Of a stretch of DNA of 64,000 bases, positions 48,491-58,653 are shown piece by piece. Source of the stretch: a virus. Taxonomy: Duplodnaviria; Heunggongvirae; Uroviricota; Caudoviricetes. The stretch covers positions 160,466 through 224,465 of the IMG/VR virus record IMGVR_UViG_3300035520_000350; one strand, written 5' to 3'. Numbering within the stretch: the first letter of the stretch is position 1; each line of letters begins with the position of its first letter. The position numbers were made by a program, and so were the translations under genes. Below the pieces are notes generated by a model. The model did not search any database. It was not told where the DNA came from and was given only the letters and a program-made list of their open reading frames with translations.

Positions 48491-49433
48491 TATCGTATTT
48501 GAAGACAATGCTACAAAGAAAGAACTCTTTGTGGCAGAAAAGGTGGGCTTTATCGCTCTTAGATATTACCCTACAAAACACCAGAAGAAAGACTTCCTTG
48601 GTTGTGTAGCTATTATGCTTGTATTCTCTAATAGTAAAGATGATATGGTCTTTGTTCAGGCTCTGTTTGATATAGAGGATAATAATGACCTTCATTATGT
48701 AGTGCACAACAACTTGAATATCATGAATTTGGAAGAGGGAACAAGAAACGGCTTACTTAAGGTAATGGAGGAAAATGCTAAGGTAGGAGAGAACTCTTAT
48801 ACTTCTGACTTGCGGTTTTCTAAGCATGTCAACTTACTGTCTACTGTACAGGACCAGTATAAGTTTGATTGTTATTACAGTAAGTTTGATGACAACAGTA
48901 CTGTTATTCAGACTATCGTATGTAGTAAAGCTATGTATCTCCAAATATCAGAGCTTGTATTCTGGCTCTGCTGTAACTATCCAATCAATCCAAATGTCTT
49001 GATTGATGATGCTTTTGAGGATGCTGATATCTATAAGGTTACTTCTCTTAAGTTCAATGGTTCTGCTGAAGTATTATATGCTGGTGGGGTTAAAATCATG
49101 GCTAACTTTACTGCATTCTTTGATAATGGTGAAGATTTAGACTTTGTTAACTTCAATGTACCATGTGAACCGGTTAAAGGTAAAATCGAAAAGCAGGCTA
49201 TTCTTCCGGAAGATTATGTAAAGAGATTTAAAAAAGATATAACTATTGCCCCTAGTATGATCTTCAATGTATCAAATCCAGAAAGAATGTCTTACTTCAT
49301 CTCTGGAGTAAATTATAAGGGTAGATACGTAATACTTGCTCTGGATGAAGAAACAATCAAGACATATCACTGGCTTGACTGGGGTAAGCATATCTATATG
49401 AGTATCGATGACATAAAGAAAGGAAAACAATGA
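48453..49433 (+). CDS. hypothetical protein
   Basis: 326 aa ORF. Confidence 0.75.
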   Translation: MDWRELFLKRSLNIVFEDNATKKELFVAEKVGFIALRYYPTKHQKKDFLGCVAIMLVFSNSKDDMVFVQALFDIEDNNDLHYVVHNNLNIMNLEEGTRNGLLKVMEENAKVGENSYTSDLRFSKHVNLLSTVQDQYKFDCYYSKFDDNSTVIQTIVCSKAMYLQISELVFWLCCNYPINPNVLIDDAFEDADIYKVTSLKFNGSAEVLYAGGVKIMANFTAFFDNGEDLDFVNFNVPCEPVKGKIEKQAILPEDYVKRFKKDITIAPSMIFNVSNPERMSYFISGVNYKGRYVILALDEETIKTYHWLDWGKHIYMSIDDIKKGKQ

Positions 49434-50365
49434 TGAAAATAATCGGTTTTGATAATGAGGAGAAGCAGGGAACATTAGGCAAGCAACCTATCAATATCAC
49501 CAATATGTATTTCTGTTATCTTACTGTGTCCGGTTCAGATGATTGTTCATCATCTCAGTATCTTAATGCTATCTTCATGGCTCATACAGAGTCAGGTGAG
49601 ATCGTTGAGTTTATTCATGCTTATCAGGAGAGTGTACAGAATATTGTAAATGGATTCGGCAACAGTGGTTTCTTAGTTCAGATCCCTAATCGTAATGAAA
49701 ATTTGTTTAGAGTATCTGACTTTGTGTTAGATGATCTGAGCTACGGTATCACGTCAGACTTCTTCATGGAGTATAACCATGATACTCATAGATTTGAGTT
49801 TGCTGGATTAAGAGCAGATACAATGGAGTGGGATCTTTACAGTGTTACTAAGCAGGTTGTAATGGGATTGCGTATCCTCAATAAGTCTATCTTTGACTTC
49901 AACATCACTCAGTTAGCTGTAAGAGAAGCTAATCTGTGGATGAGTAGTTCAAATGAAGTTAGAAATAACTTCAGGAGTGATATGGTTCAGAATATGGAGA
50001 TCTTAGAGCTTTCCAGAACAGTAAAGAAGGATAAGACTCACCATATTGGATTGGCTATCATGAAGTTAGAGACCACCGGCTCAGATGGATGTACAAGAAA
50101 TATCGTAGTATCTATGCCGTACTGTAGATCTACTAAACTTCGTAGCCGTAAAAAGACTACCAATATGGAACTCCTTGAAATGAAGTATAAAGATTCTTAT
50201 GTAGGATCTGCTGTCATGGGTCTTGATATGACACCGAGTAACACTGACTTGTATATGTTTATTGCTAAGAGAAGTACTGATAGTGATGCTATTAGTGAAT
50301 CTGTCGTACTTATCTATACAGTGGATATGTATAAGGAATTTATAAAGATGGTAGAAGAAGTATAA
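49430..50365 (+). CDS. hypothetical protein
   Basis: 311 aa, ATGA-coupled. Confidence 0.75.
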   Translation: MMKIIGFDNEEKQGTLGKQPINITNMYFCYLTVSGSDDCSSSQYLNAIFMAHTESGEIVEFIHAYQESVQNIVNGFGNSGFLVQIPNRNENLFRVSDFVLDDLSYGITSDFFMEYNHDTHRFEFAGLRADTMEWDLYSVTKQVVMGLRILNKSIFDFNITQLAVREANLWMSSSNEVRNNFRSDMVQNMEILELSRTVKKDKTHHIGLAIMKLETTGSDGCTRNIVVSMPYCRSTKLRSRKKTTNMELLEMKYKDSYVGSAVMGLDMTPSNTDLYMFIAKRSTDSDAISESVVLIYTVDMYKEFIKMVEEV

Positions 50366-50373
50366 GAGATACG

Positions 50374-50410
50374 ATAAAGAACCCTAGGTTAAAAGCCTAG
50401 GGTTCTTTAT
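50374..50410. terminator. long bidirectional terminator hairpin
   Basis: ATAAAGAACCCTAGG-ttaaaag-CCTAGGGTTCTTTAT. Confidence 0.8.
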
Positions 50411-50473
50411 ATCACATTTTTATAGAAGGTGTTTGAATCATAAGGCAAGTTATTAATGAAGCAATATCCAACC

Positions 50474-50487
50474 TTTATCTTTATGTT
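50474..50487 (-). promoter_or_regulatory. late-type promoter AACA-N6-TAA with no downstream ORF
   Basis: minus strand AACA-taaaga-TAAA pointing at the 50374 hairpin. Confidence 0.45.
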
Positions 50488-50529
50488 ACTTTGTAGTATT
50501 TTATTACAATAGTAAAATTTACTAATGGA

Positions 50530-50543
50530 AACATCAATGTAAT
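50530..50543 (+). promoter_or_regulatory. late-type promoter AACA-N6-TAA
   Basis: AACA-tcaatg-TAAT before AAGGAGG. Confidence 0.65.
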
Positions 50544-50565
50544 ACGTTTTAAGGAGGTATTAGAG

Positions 50566-51069
50566 ATGAAGAAGACAGTAACAGTTCTTAATATAACAAA
50601 GGATGTCTATATTGAGAATAGTAATATTGTAGAGACTTTGAAGAACGATATAAAACACTATGGTCCTTGGGAGGTAGAGTTGCATATCAACCATACTATG
50701 GTTGAGTATATCGAACAGCTTCTTGAATTAATCGGAGAAGACTATAGACCATGTATACATACTACTTCTGATGTAAAGCACGGCTTCGTTGATATCTATA
50801 CTAGAGATAATGCTGATAGATATCATAAAACATTAACAAGAAGATTCTTAGTAGATGATACTACCTTTGATAAGACAGAACTTGATAACGAAGTATTGAC
50901 TAATAAGTCTATCTCATATCTTGTAATGAATAGGCTTACATTATGTCATTTCAAGTCAAGGAAGTTGACTGATGACTACGGCGGATCAGCATATTATCAA
51001 TCATATCACAAAATACCTATAGCTATAAGTGAATTGACTGATTTCGGCAAAATTGACATTTTGTCTTAA
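50566..51069 (+). CDS. hypothetical protein
   Basis: 167 aa, AAGGAGG RBS. Confidence 0.75.
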   Translation: MKKTVTVLNITKDVYIENSNIVETLKNDIKHYGPWEVELHINHTMVEYIEQLLELIGEDYRPCIHTTSDVKHGFVDIYTRDNADRYHKTLTRRFLVDDTTFDKTELDNEVLTNKSISYLVMNRLTLCHFKSRKLTDDYGGSAYYQSYHKIPIAISELTDFGKIDILS

Positions 51070-51150
51070 ATTAAGTTATCTATTTAGGTATTCTTAGAAG
51101 GCAAAATATAACTTAAAGTAAGTAGTTTTTGATTTTGGAGGGATGCTATT

Positions 51151-51408
51151 ATGAGTGATTTTGTAATCTGTTCAGCAAACTTTAAAAATGGAAACGAAAT
51201 GTATTTGACTAATCTTACTCCTGTTGAGTTTACTGATTCATTAGATAAGTCTACTATATTCATGGACGAAGAATCTGCTAGAGGAATACTCTATAGAAGA
51301 TTCTTATCTCTGTCTAATTGGATTAGTACTCACTCAGGAGATCTATTAGGAATAGATATAGAAGTAGTAAAGAACGATAAAGTTGTTAGGAGGGATAAGT
51401 TTTTATGA
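51151..51408 (+). CDS. hypothetical protein
   Basis: 85 aa, GGAGG RBS. Confidence 0.7.
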   Translation: MSDFVICSANFKNGNEMYLTNLTPVEFTDSLDKSTIFMDEESARGILYRRFLSLSNWISTHSGDLLGIDIEVVKNDKVVRRDKFL

Positions 51409-52064
51409 TAGGCAGAGTTACATACACTGAAGCATTGGACAAGTTTGTTAAGAGTGATTATCTTATCCCTTACAGACTTCATCCCAATGCTAGATACAGA
51501 ACAAATTGCTATTACTGGATAGCTTGGGAGAACAGATGGTTCAAAGCTGAAGAGGTACTGTATGACTTTAAAGGCTCTGCTATTCCTATACTTGATCATG
51601 TCATAACAAGATATGATGATGGAACATCTTCCTATATATGTACTGACCTTACTATCTATGACTTTAGACTGGAGAAGGATAAGTTTGATGTAAGAAGTCA
51701 GGAGATTATCAACTCTGCTAATAGTTATGCTGGAGGAGAAATAGAGTATTGGTTCTTTATACACAATATCAATTTTGTCTCTGGTAAGTACAAGAACTTC
51801 TGGGAATACTTAGAACCATATGGGAAGAACAGAATAGATCCTAGTAAATTCTACTTTGTAAAAGCTGATATGGTAAATGACATGTATATAAATATTAGGT
51901 TCATTTTAGACCCTACTAAAGAGAAGTTTAAGAAACTAACAGAGGATAAGCCTAAGATAGTAGAGGTAAATGATAATAATATTCATTCCATAAACGAAGA
52001 AAGAAAAAGGAGAAGAAGAAGACATGAAGAAAGTGTCAAGATCAGGTCTGGTAGTCTACACTGA
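51405..52064 (+). CDS. hypothetical protein with basic C-terminus
   Basis: ATGA-coupled; RKRRRRRH tail. Confidence 0.75.
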   Translation: MIGRVTYTEALDKFVKSDYLIPYRLHPNARYRTNCYYWIAWENRWFKAEEVLYDFKGSAIPILDHVITRYDDGTSSYICTDLTIYDFRLEKDKFDVRSQEIINSANSYAGGEIEYWFFIHNINFVSGKYKNFWEYLEPYGKNRIDPSKFYFVKADMVNDMYINIRFILDPTKEKFKKLTEDKPKIVEVNDNNIHSINEERKRRRRRHEESVKIRSGSLH

Positions 52065-53115
52065 TGAATTGTATGAAGTATATGGTGCATTTAATGAGAC
52101 ATTATCAGACATCAAATTTTGTGACTCAGTAGCTTTTTACACATTCGATGAGCTAGATGAATCTAAGATGAATGATCCACAGATTCTATATGTAGGAATC
52201 ATCAATAATATTGATTCTGTGGCTCATAGTGTAATCAATAAAGTGGTTGCATTAAATAAGAAAGGAATCCTCACTGAAGTATATGCTGCTAATGATAAAT
52301 CTAGTATATACGAGGATGTATGCAATTCATTCACAGTAGAGGGAGAAACAAAGTGTAATATATTTACAACTTTTGTAGATTTTAAAGAGGCTGTAAGCAA
52401 GAACTTTAAACAACGTACTCGTGATATTGCTTTCGTTAGTGATAACGATGATTTCATGAATAATTTGTTTGATAATTTAAAGAAAACAATTCTCGATGAT
52501 TATCACAAAAATGGTGATACCAGTAGAGATAACCGCGTAAATTATGTCGAGCCAGATATAAAGCGCTGCTTAAGAAACTATATGCCTGAATTGATTCTAG
52601 GATGGGTTTATCAGTATTGGTACAAAAAGAAATACGATCTCACCGAAATTGAAGAAATGCCCACAGCATCGGATTATGAAGCATATGTAACCCGGTTAAT
52701 ATCGTGTCAGTATTCCGATAACGAAGTAATTAACTACTATTGGATTAAGCCATCAGAAGTTCTGCAGTTTGTAGAGTGTAGAGGATTTTTTGATAAGATC
52801 TTTATTGATCTTTGTTCTCATTATGGCTCAGTTAATCTTAATGTAGAGAATCCTTCTAATGATGATCGTATCGGCTGGTTTGCTAGTACAATGCCCGACA
52901 ATCCTAAGTTGAGTGGTACAGAAGTATACTCCAACGTACTAACGATAGCTGGAAACTATATGAAGGTAGTATGTTTAGATGTAAACCAACAGATTGACGA
53001 CGGATGGCTTGATTATAAATTTGGTGTAGCATCAATAGGATATACTCAGACTATTCAGTTTCCTAACATCACTTCTATTACCCGTATTGATCCATTCGAA
53101 AAATATAATATCTGA
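52024..53115 (+). CDS. hypothetical protein
   Basis: 363 aa ORF ending before a terminator. Confidence 0.75.
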   Translation: MKKVSRSGLVVYTDELYEVYGAFNETLSDIKFCDSVAFYTFDELDESKMNDPQILYVGIINNIDSVAHSVINKVVALNKKGILTEVYAANDKSSIYEDVCNSFTVEGETKCNIFTTFVDFKEAVSKNFKQRTRDIAFVSDNDDFMNNLFDNLKKTILDDYHKNGDTSRDNRVNYVEPDIKRCLRNYMPELILGWVYQYWYKKKYDLTEIEEMPTASDYEAYVTRLISCQYSDNEVINYYWIKPSEVLQFVECRGFFDKIFIDLCSHYGSVNLNVENPSNDDRIGWFASTMPDNPKLSGTEVYSNVLTIAGNYMKVVCLDVNQQIDDGWLDYKFGVASIGYTQTIQFPNITSITRIDPFEKYNI

Positions 53116-53126
53116 CATATTATGGC

Positions 53127-53157
53127 GGGGTAAAGGTTAAATCCTTTACCCCATTTT
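53127..53157 (+). terminator. intrinsic terminator
   Basis: GGGGTAAAGG-ttaaat-CCTTTACCCC. Confidence 0.7.
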
Positions 53158-53162
53158 AGTGA

Positions 53163-53170
53163 TATATTAT
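53163..53170 (+). promoter_or_regulatory. early-type promoter TATATTAT
   Basis: recurrent motif; AGTGATATATTATA context shared with 61889. Confidence 0.6.
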
Positions 53171-53204
53171 ATAGGCAGAATAACACAAAGGAGGATTAGA
53201 GTAT

Positions 53205-54059
53205 ATGCCTAATCATGTAGCAAATGTAATAAGAATGAGTAATATATGGCATCAACCATTGTTTGCTTTAACGGGTGACAATCAAGTCACTTTTGACTTC
53301 AATAAGATTATTCCAATGAATGATGATCTGAATATGATAAGTAATGGCGCACTACAACGTTTATCAGTAGAAACAGTAATAAGAAAGGTATTACTAGATG
53401 GTCAACCTTTAGATAAACTCTTACCACAGATTAGAATAAATAAGAGTGATAGATATTACTCTATGGATAAGGAGGAGTATACTAGATTAAGAGAAACATA
53501 TAAAGAAACTTCTGATGAAGAGTTAATAGACTTTGGTTTGAAGTGTATAACAAACAAATTGAAGTATGGTTCGGTAGACTGGTACGAATGGAGCTGGGAT
53601 AACTGGGGTACTAAGTGGAATGCTTATGACACTCAGAGAATAAGTAAAGATGCAGTAAGCTTTAATACTGCTTGGGCTATGCCTGAACCAATAGTAGCTA
53701 AGTTAGCTCAGTTATATCCTCATGCGGTAATACAGCATTGGTGGGCTGAAGAGTTTACATCTAGTGGTAATACAGGATATATGTTATATAAGGATGGTAG
53801 AATATACGGTGGATATGATCCAATCGGAAGTTGGGATGCTTATGCTCATTATATATTCTGCTGGGATACATGTAGAGATCCAAAAGCTCGTTGTTTATAT
53901 AGTAATGCAGTATATGAATTGGGATATGGAAACGTAATATATGATAAACCATATCGTTATAACTATAATGGTTATAGCAATGCTGTATATACATTGTATG
54001 ATAACTATGACGATATTGAAGATATGTTTAGAGACGATGAATTAGATGAAGACGATTAA
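53205..54059 (+). CDS. YubB/DUF1281-like ferredoxin-fold protein
   Basis: MPNHVAN, FDFNKIIPM, WYEW..DNWGTKWNA, FNTAWAMP. Confidence 0.75.
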   Translation: MPNHVANVIRMSNIWHQPLFALTGDNQVTFDFNKIIPMNDDLNMISNGALQRLSVETVIRKVLLDGQPLDKLLPQIRINKSDRYYSMDKEEYTRLRETYKETSDEELIDFGLKCITNKLKYGSVDWYEWSWDNWGTKWNAYDTQRISKDAVSFNTAWAMPEPIVAKLAQLYPHAVIQHWWAEEFTSSGNTGYMLYKDGRIYGGYDPIGSWDAYAHYIFCWDTCRDPKARCLYSNAVYELGYGNVIYDKPYRYNYNGYSNAVYTLYDNYDDIEDMFRDDELDEDD

Positions 54060-54065
54060 AAATTT

Positions 54066-54094
54066 GGGAAGAGTAGATTTATCTACTCTTTCCC
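54066..54094. terminator. hairpin between convergent genes
   Basis: GGGAAGAGTAGAT-tt-ATCTACTCTTTCC. Confidence 0.65.
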
Positions 54095-54102
54095 CACCCT
54101 TG

Positions 54103-54681
54103 TTATTCGCTTTCTTTTTTGTCGCTATTCTCATCTGTGAGTAAGACTGAATTAGCTCTAAATCTAATATTGAGTCTTATCTCTTCTTCCTTAACCCATT
54201 TACCAATAACAGCATGGTAGCAAGGATATTTACTGAGAATAGTAATAACTGTAGATGTAATCTCAGTCTGCGAAATTTCCCCATTATTATTGATTTCTTT
54301 TACGTTCTTATGACGAGAAGGATTAATCTTATCAGCCATCTCTTTCCTAGCTTGTTGTAACTTCTCTAACAACTCTTCTAACTCTTCCGTCATATCTTCC
54401 TGCCTCAAAAACGTAAGACAGATGAATGTCTTCTCTCCATTAAACCAATTAAGATACTCACCTTTATAGTACTCTGCAAGTAAAGGCACGTCACTAGGTG
54501 TAACATCTTTTGAGTTCAGTTCAGTGGAGTATAGCATTGGAATCAATCCCAACTCCTTAACTTTCTTAGTTAATTTGAAGGCATTAATTCTGAAATACCT
54601 GCTGTCGCTTTTTCCTTCAACACATCCAGCGACAGTCTTGCGTAAAACATTGTAATCCATTAGCAAAACCTGCCCTTTCAA
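54103..54681 (-). CDS. hypothetical protein
   Basis: 192 aa; TACA-N6-TAAA promoter variant at 54695-54708. Confidence 0.7.
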   Translation of the reverse strand: MKGQVLLMDYNVLRKTVAGCVEGKSDSRYFRINAFKLTKKVKELGLIPMLYSTELNSKDVTPSDVPLLAEYYKGEYLNWFNGEKTFICLTFLRQEDMTEELEELLEKLQQARKEMADKINPSRHKNVKEINNNGEISQTEITSTVITILSKYPCYHAVIGKWVKEEEIRLNIRFRANSVLLTDENSDKKESE

Positions 54682-54773
54682 TTATTTGTAATACTTTATA
54701 GAGATGTAGTATATGTATTATTTTATCACAGCAGAAATGGACTTGGAACAAGCATCATTCCAAGTCCGTTTAC

Positions 54774-55277
54774 TTAAAACATGTATTTGCCGCATTCTTT
54801 GTTATTCTCATAATGTTTGATAATAACGTTATACTCGGGATCTATTCTGCCATTAGTCAAGTCATCATACTTCTTGATTATATCATGGTATCTCTTATGA
54901 CAATCCATAACAGTTCTATATTCCTCTGCAGTAAATGTCTGACCTCTAGATAATCGATTAGAGAAGTCAAGTATTTCCTTCTTTAGTCGATTAACTTCAG
55001 CTACGTCTATTGCTCTTTGTTGTTTGGCTGATTGATTACTAAGTTCTATAATCTGAGTTTCTAAAGAGCTCAATCTATCATCAACCTTATCTTCTAATTC
55101 ATTCAGTTTCTTATCTACTGAATGGTTAAAAGCTTCTCCAAGCTTCTTTACAACAAAAGAAACTGGATTGAACTTAATCCCTGGAGTTATATCAACAAAA
55201 AGAGAAACAACCACAATGAATACAGCCCAGTCTGTGAGACCGAAATCACAGAAGAATTTGTACAGAATACTTATCAT
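54774..55277 (-). CDS. holin-like or lysis-associated membrane protein
   Basis: N-terminal TM helix then ITPGIKFNP, coiled coil, ILDF...Y...NG pattern seen in Firmicute phage lysis-module proteins. Confidence 0.5.
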   Translation of the reverse strand: MISILYKFFCDFGLTDWAVFIVVVSLFVDITPGIKFNPVSFVVKKLGEAFNHSVDKKLNELEDKVDDRLSSLETQIIELSNQSAKQQRAIDVAEVNRLKKEILDFSNRLSRGQTFTAEEYRTVMDCHKRYHDIIKKYDDLTNGRIDPEYNVIIKHYENNKECGKYMF

Positions 55278-55321
55278 AAGTAAACCTCCTTATAGTAACA
55301 CAAAATAACACTAAACTACAT

Positions 55322-55335
55322 TTTATTTAAGTGTT
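55322..55335 (-). promoter_or_regulatory. late-type promoter AACA-N6-TAA
   Basis: minus strand AACA-cttaaa-TAAA overlapping the portal stop. Confidence 0.6.
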
Positions 55336-57637
55336 AACTTTCGTCGGTCTTCGGATTTGTAGCCACTCTCATCTTAGCCTGTACTACTGCCTCATCTACA
55401 GAATCGTAATCAATGTAGTTACCAAGCATAGATCTCATCATGATCTTGGTAAACTCAGTCTTAACTTCATCACTTTCATTACCAAGTTCTACTTCAGTAA
55501 TAGCGTTGATATAGTTCTTAGTGTTATTGATCAACTGCTCTGTATTAGTCATAGATAAGAATGCAGGAGCTGGTAATAGTATCTTTATCTTCTTCTCAGT
55601 CTCATTGTATTCAAAGTTATATATCTTAGTGAATACCTCAGAGAATGCATTCTGACATATTCTCTGTTCTTTATATACCTTCCTCAAGAACTTACTGTTA
55701 GACATAGTAAATCTAGTAGCATAATCTACCTGATTTACACTCTGTACAAACTCATATGGAACATCTGTACTAGCAACAGCATCGTTATTGAATCTCTCCA
55801 TAAGTTCTGTAGGAGTCTCTATATTCTGACCCTGCATTACCTCAAACTGAATAGGAGCATCTCCTGACTGTCCTAACGGTATTACATGGTCATTATACTT
55901 ACCTACTACTCCTAAGATACTATTCATACTCTCTATTTGTCTCATACCCATATTACCACGTTTAATCTGATTGATTACGTTCATAAGAGTGCGAGCAACA
56001 TTGGTCTCTACGTTCTGTCTTACATAGTAGATTCTCTTATCTTGAGCTCTAGTAACCTGACCAATAGTATTGGTAAGATACAGTAAGCAGTATAACATAG
56101 CAGGGATCAATGCTTTTCTTAAAGTAGAGATTCCTCTATGAGTCTTCTTATCCTGTTTTAAGAAGAAGTGATATACATCTTCTGCTGGTAAGAAAGATAC
56201 AGTGATATCATTAGTACCATTCATAGCACTAAACTTATCATTGTACTTAAGTATAGCATAAATCTCTTCCTTGAGATCTTTATTAGCATTGATAAAGTGA
56301 CTATCTATATTATCAGAGATTCTCTGAGCAATGAAACTAAGCAACATATCATTAGCCATCTCAGAATCATTAATACTTCCTCTCTGATTACCAGCCGCAG
56401 GTAATGTACCATTCTGATAATCATGCTGGCAATAGTTAAGGTTATCACACTGGCTAAAGGTAAAGTGATAGTATCCAATACAGAGATTATCCATATAGAT
56501 AGGAAGTATATCACCTCTCTCAATAAAGGCTACTACACAACCATTCATTTCATCTATCTTAGTATCAGTAGCAAATCTACCAGGACCTCCTGTAACAGTA
56601 AGACCATCATTGATACCACTGTTAAGGTTATTACCGCTACTCTTCTTTTTATCATATACAGAGTTAAAGGTAACAGAAGAATCTTCTTCTCCTTTAGATT
56701 CATGTAAAGCATTATAAGACTCATTAATACTCTGAGACTTAGATATCTTAGCTGCTTTAATAGCAGTCTCTTTAGTCTCTACAGCTTCTGCAAATATAGC
56801 AGAGTCATCAAAGATAAGATTAACAGAACAGTTCTGTTCTTTAAAGTTAACGTTCTTTATAGCTGCTTTAAGTTCATCATCCGGTTTAGCACTCTCAAAG
56901 ATAACTACACTATCTGGCTTAGTCTTTTTACCTTTAAAGGATTCTCCAAATGATCTAAGTAAACCAGTACTGCCAAACATAGCTCTTCTTCTTACTAATC
57001 TCTGTAATGCTATATTATATGGAACAATATACAAGAAGCATTCACCATACTTAGATGCTCTCTCATACATCTCTTCACATATATCCTGAAACTTATATTT
57101 CTCCTGCACCGCTTTAGCATTGTCGTTGAATATCTTCACTCTCTCATCAGAGATTGTAGTAGCTTCAATGTTTAAGAAGTCCTTAGTAAAGTTATCAGAA
57201 GATAGTACATTATCTCTCTTAATCTCTAATGCTGTCTCTATAGAAGGCATATACTTACAGATCATATCGTACTGATAGTCTTCTGCTTGTATATACTTAT
57301 TGACATCCTGATTTACAGATAGTGTATTGACTATATTATTGTCAGCAAACAGTTCCATAGCACTATCTATAATCTGCTGATTAGATACACCTTTCTTCTT
57401 CTGTATTCTAGTATATAGATTAGAGATGTCCGATATCTTAGGATTATCTCCACTTGTAATAATCTTATCAATAGTATCATCTATAGAAGTGACAATACTA
57501 TCCATATCTTTCTTATTGTCTGATCTGGAAGCATAAGTAGTCTGATATAAACCATTCATGCTGTTATCTAAGTCATCAAGCTTATTGTTGACACGTCTAA
57601 ACCAAGCTCCTGGCTTATTACTGTTCTTATCAGCCAT
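55334..57637 (-). CDS. portal protein (T4 gp20-like)
   Basis: PSIETALEI..D, KYGECF, TRAQDKRIYYV (cf. gp20 RAPERRIFYID), DVP; next to tube and sheath. Confidence 0.7.
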   Translation of the reverse strand: MADKNSNKPGAWFRRVNNKLDDLDNSMNGLYQTTYASRSDNKKDMDSIVTSIDDTIDKIITSGDNPKISDISNLYTRIQKKKGVSNQQIIDSAMELFADNNIVNTLSVNQDVNKYIQAEDYQYDMICKYMPSIETALEIKRDNVLSSDNFTKDFLNIEATTISDERVKIFNDNAKAVQEKYKFQDICEEMYERASKYGECFLYIVPYNIALQRLVRRRAMFGSTGLLRSFGESFKGKKTKPDSVVIFESAKPDDELKAAIKNVNFKEQNCSVNLIFDDSAIFAEAVETKETAIKAAKISKSQSINESYNALHESKGEEDSSVTFNSVYDKKKSSGNNLNSGINDGLTVTGGPGRFATDTKIDEMNGCVVAFIERGDILPIYMDNLCIGYYHFTFSQCDNLNYCQHDYQNGTLPAAGNQRGSINDSEMANDMLLSFIAQRISDNIDSHFINANKDLKEEIYAILKYNDKFSAMNGTNDITVSFLPAEDVYHFFLKQDKKTHRGISTLRKALIPAMLYCLLYLTNTIGQVTRAQDKRIYYVRQNVETNVARTLMNVINQIKRGNMGMRQIESMNSILGVVGKYNDHVIPLGQSGDAPIQFEVMQGQNIETPTELMERFNNDAVASTDVPYEFVQSVNQVDYATRFTMSNSKFLRKVYKEQRICQNAFSEVFTKIYNFEYNETEKKIKILLPAPAFLSMTNTEQLINNTKNYINAITEVELGNESDEVKTEFTKIMMRSMLGNYIDYDSVDEAVVQAKMRVATNPKTDES

Positions 57638-57660
57638 AGATATCTCCTCCTTTAACGTAA

Positions 57661-57674
57661 ATTATTACAATGTT
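57661..57674 (-). promoter_or_regulatory. late-type promoter AACA-N6-TAA
   Basis: minus strand AACA-ttgtaa-TAAT before AAGGAGG. Confidence 0.7.
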
Positions 57675-57701
57675 GAGCTATTAAAACACTATGAAACGAA
57701 A

Positions 57702-57729
57702 AGAGGTAGAGTATTTCTACTCTACCTCT
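57702..57729 (-). terminator. intrinsic terminator
   Basis: AGAGGTAGAGTA/TACTCTACCTCT hairpin with T-run on the minus strand. Confidence 0.7.
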
Positions 57730-57745
57730 AAGTCCATCGTATATA

Positions 57746-58633
57746 TTATGCTCTCTTAACAGCATTGACAAGATTCGTGATCTTATCCGGTGAACTTGAA
57801 TCAAGCACACCAAAGAGATAATCATTGGAATCAAGAGCTGCAACGTTCTTCGTAGTATCAACGGAGTACTTAACATTACCAGCGCTGTCTGTAACATCTG
57901 CAGATACACCAGTAATATCCTCTAACAGTACCTTTGCTGCCTTATCTACTTCGTAACCCCATACCGGGAAGCAGTTCCATTCAATGGTCATTTCCTTATT
58001 ACTGATATCACCCTTCGTGCTGTCATAGATAGAGGTCTCTGCCTTAGTCAACTGGCAGTTGCAAAGCAGATAAGCTTTCTCAAGACGAAGCATAGTGTTA
58101 TCGGTTACATAATACATCATCGTGAACACTTCGTTCTCATAACCCGGCTGAAGCTTATTGTTCTTGATAAGACCATGATAATGCTTAGCCTGAGTAATAC
58201 GATCCTTGATACCGGTCAGATAGTACTCAGTAAACTTCGTAATCAGACCACCACTCTTCTCAAAGTAGTTTGAGGATACAGTGATAGATGTATCAGATGT
58301 AACCTTATTGATGATATTTTGTGTATTCACACCATCCGTAAGCTCGAATGTCTCACCAGTGATATCCGGAAGTCCTGTAAGACCACGGAACTCATACTCA
58401 AGCATATGCTTGAAGCTGTTCACCAGAGATGCTACCGGAGCAGAGTTCTGTCCCAGTACAGTCAAGAACTTAGGCATCTGAATAACACTAAGGAAGCTGT
58501 AACCAGTTTCAAACTGGTTAAACTGTCCAATCTGTGTAAAGTCCGTTACACCACGAAAGGCGGTGTACTGAGTAAGATTTCTCGGACGGATAGTATAATT
58601 GTTGATTAAACCCTTATTAACTACACTTGCCAT
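57746..58633 (-). CDS. probable tail tube protein
   Basis: directly downstream of the sheath gene, beta-rich composition, optimised codons. Confidence 0.55.
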   Translation of the reverse strand: MASVVNKGLINNYTIRPRNLTQYTAFRGVTDFTQIGQFNQFETGYSFLSVIQMPKFLTVLGQNSAPVASLVNSFKHMLEYEFRGLTGLPDITGETFELTDGVNTQNIINKVTSDTSITVSSNYFEKSGGLITKFTEYYLTGIKDRITQAKHYHGLIKNNKLQPGYENEVFTMMYYVTDNTMLRLEKAYLLCNCQLTKAETSIYDSTKGDISNKEMTIEWNCFPVWGYEVDKAAKVLLEDITGVSADVTDSAGNVKYSVDTTKNVAALDSNDYLFGVLDSSSPDKITNLVNAVKRA

Positions 58634-58653
58634 AAAAGCACACTCTCCTTTCC

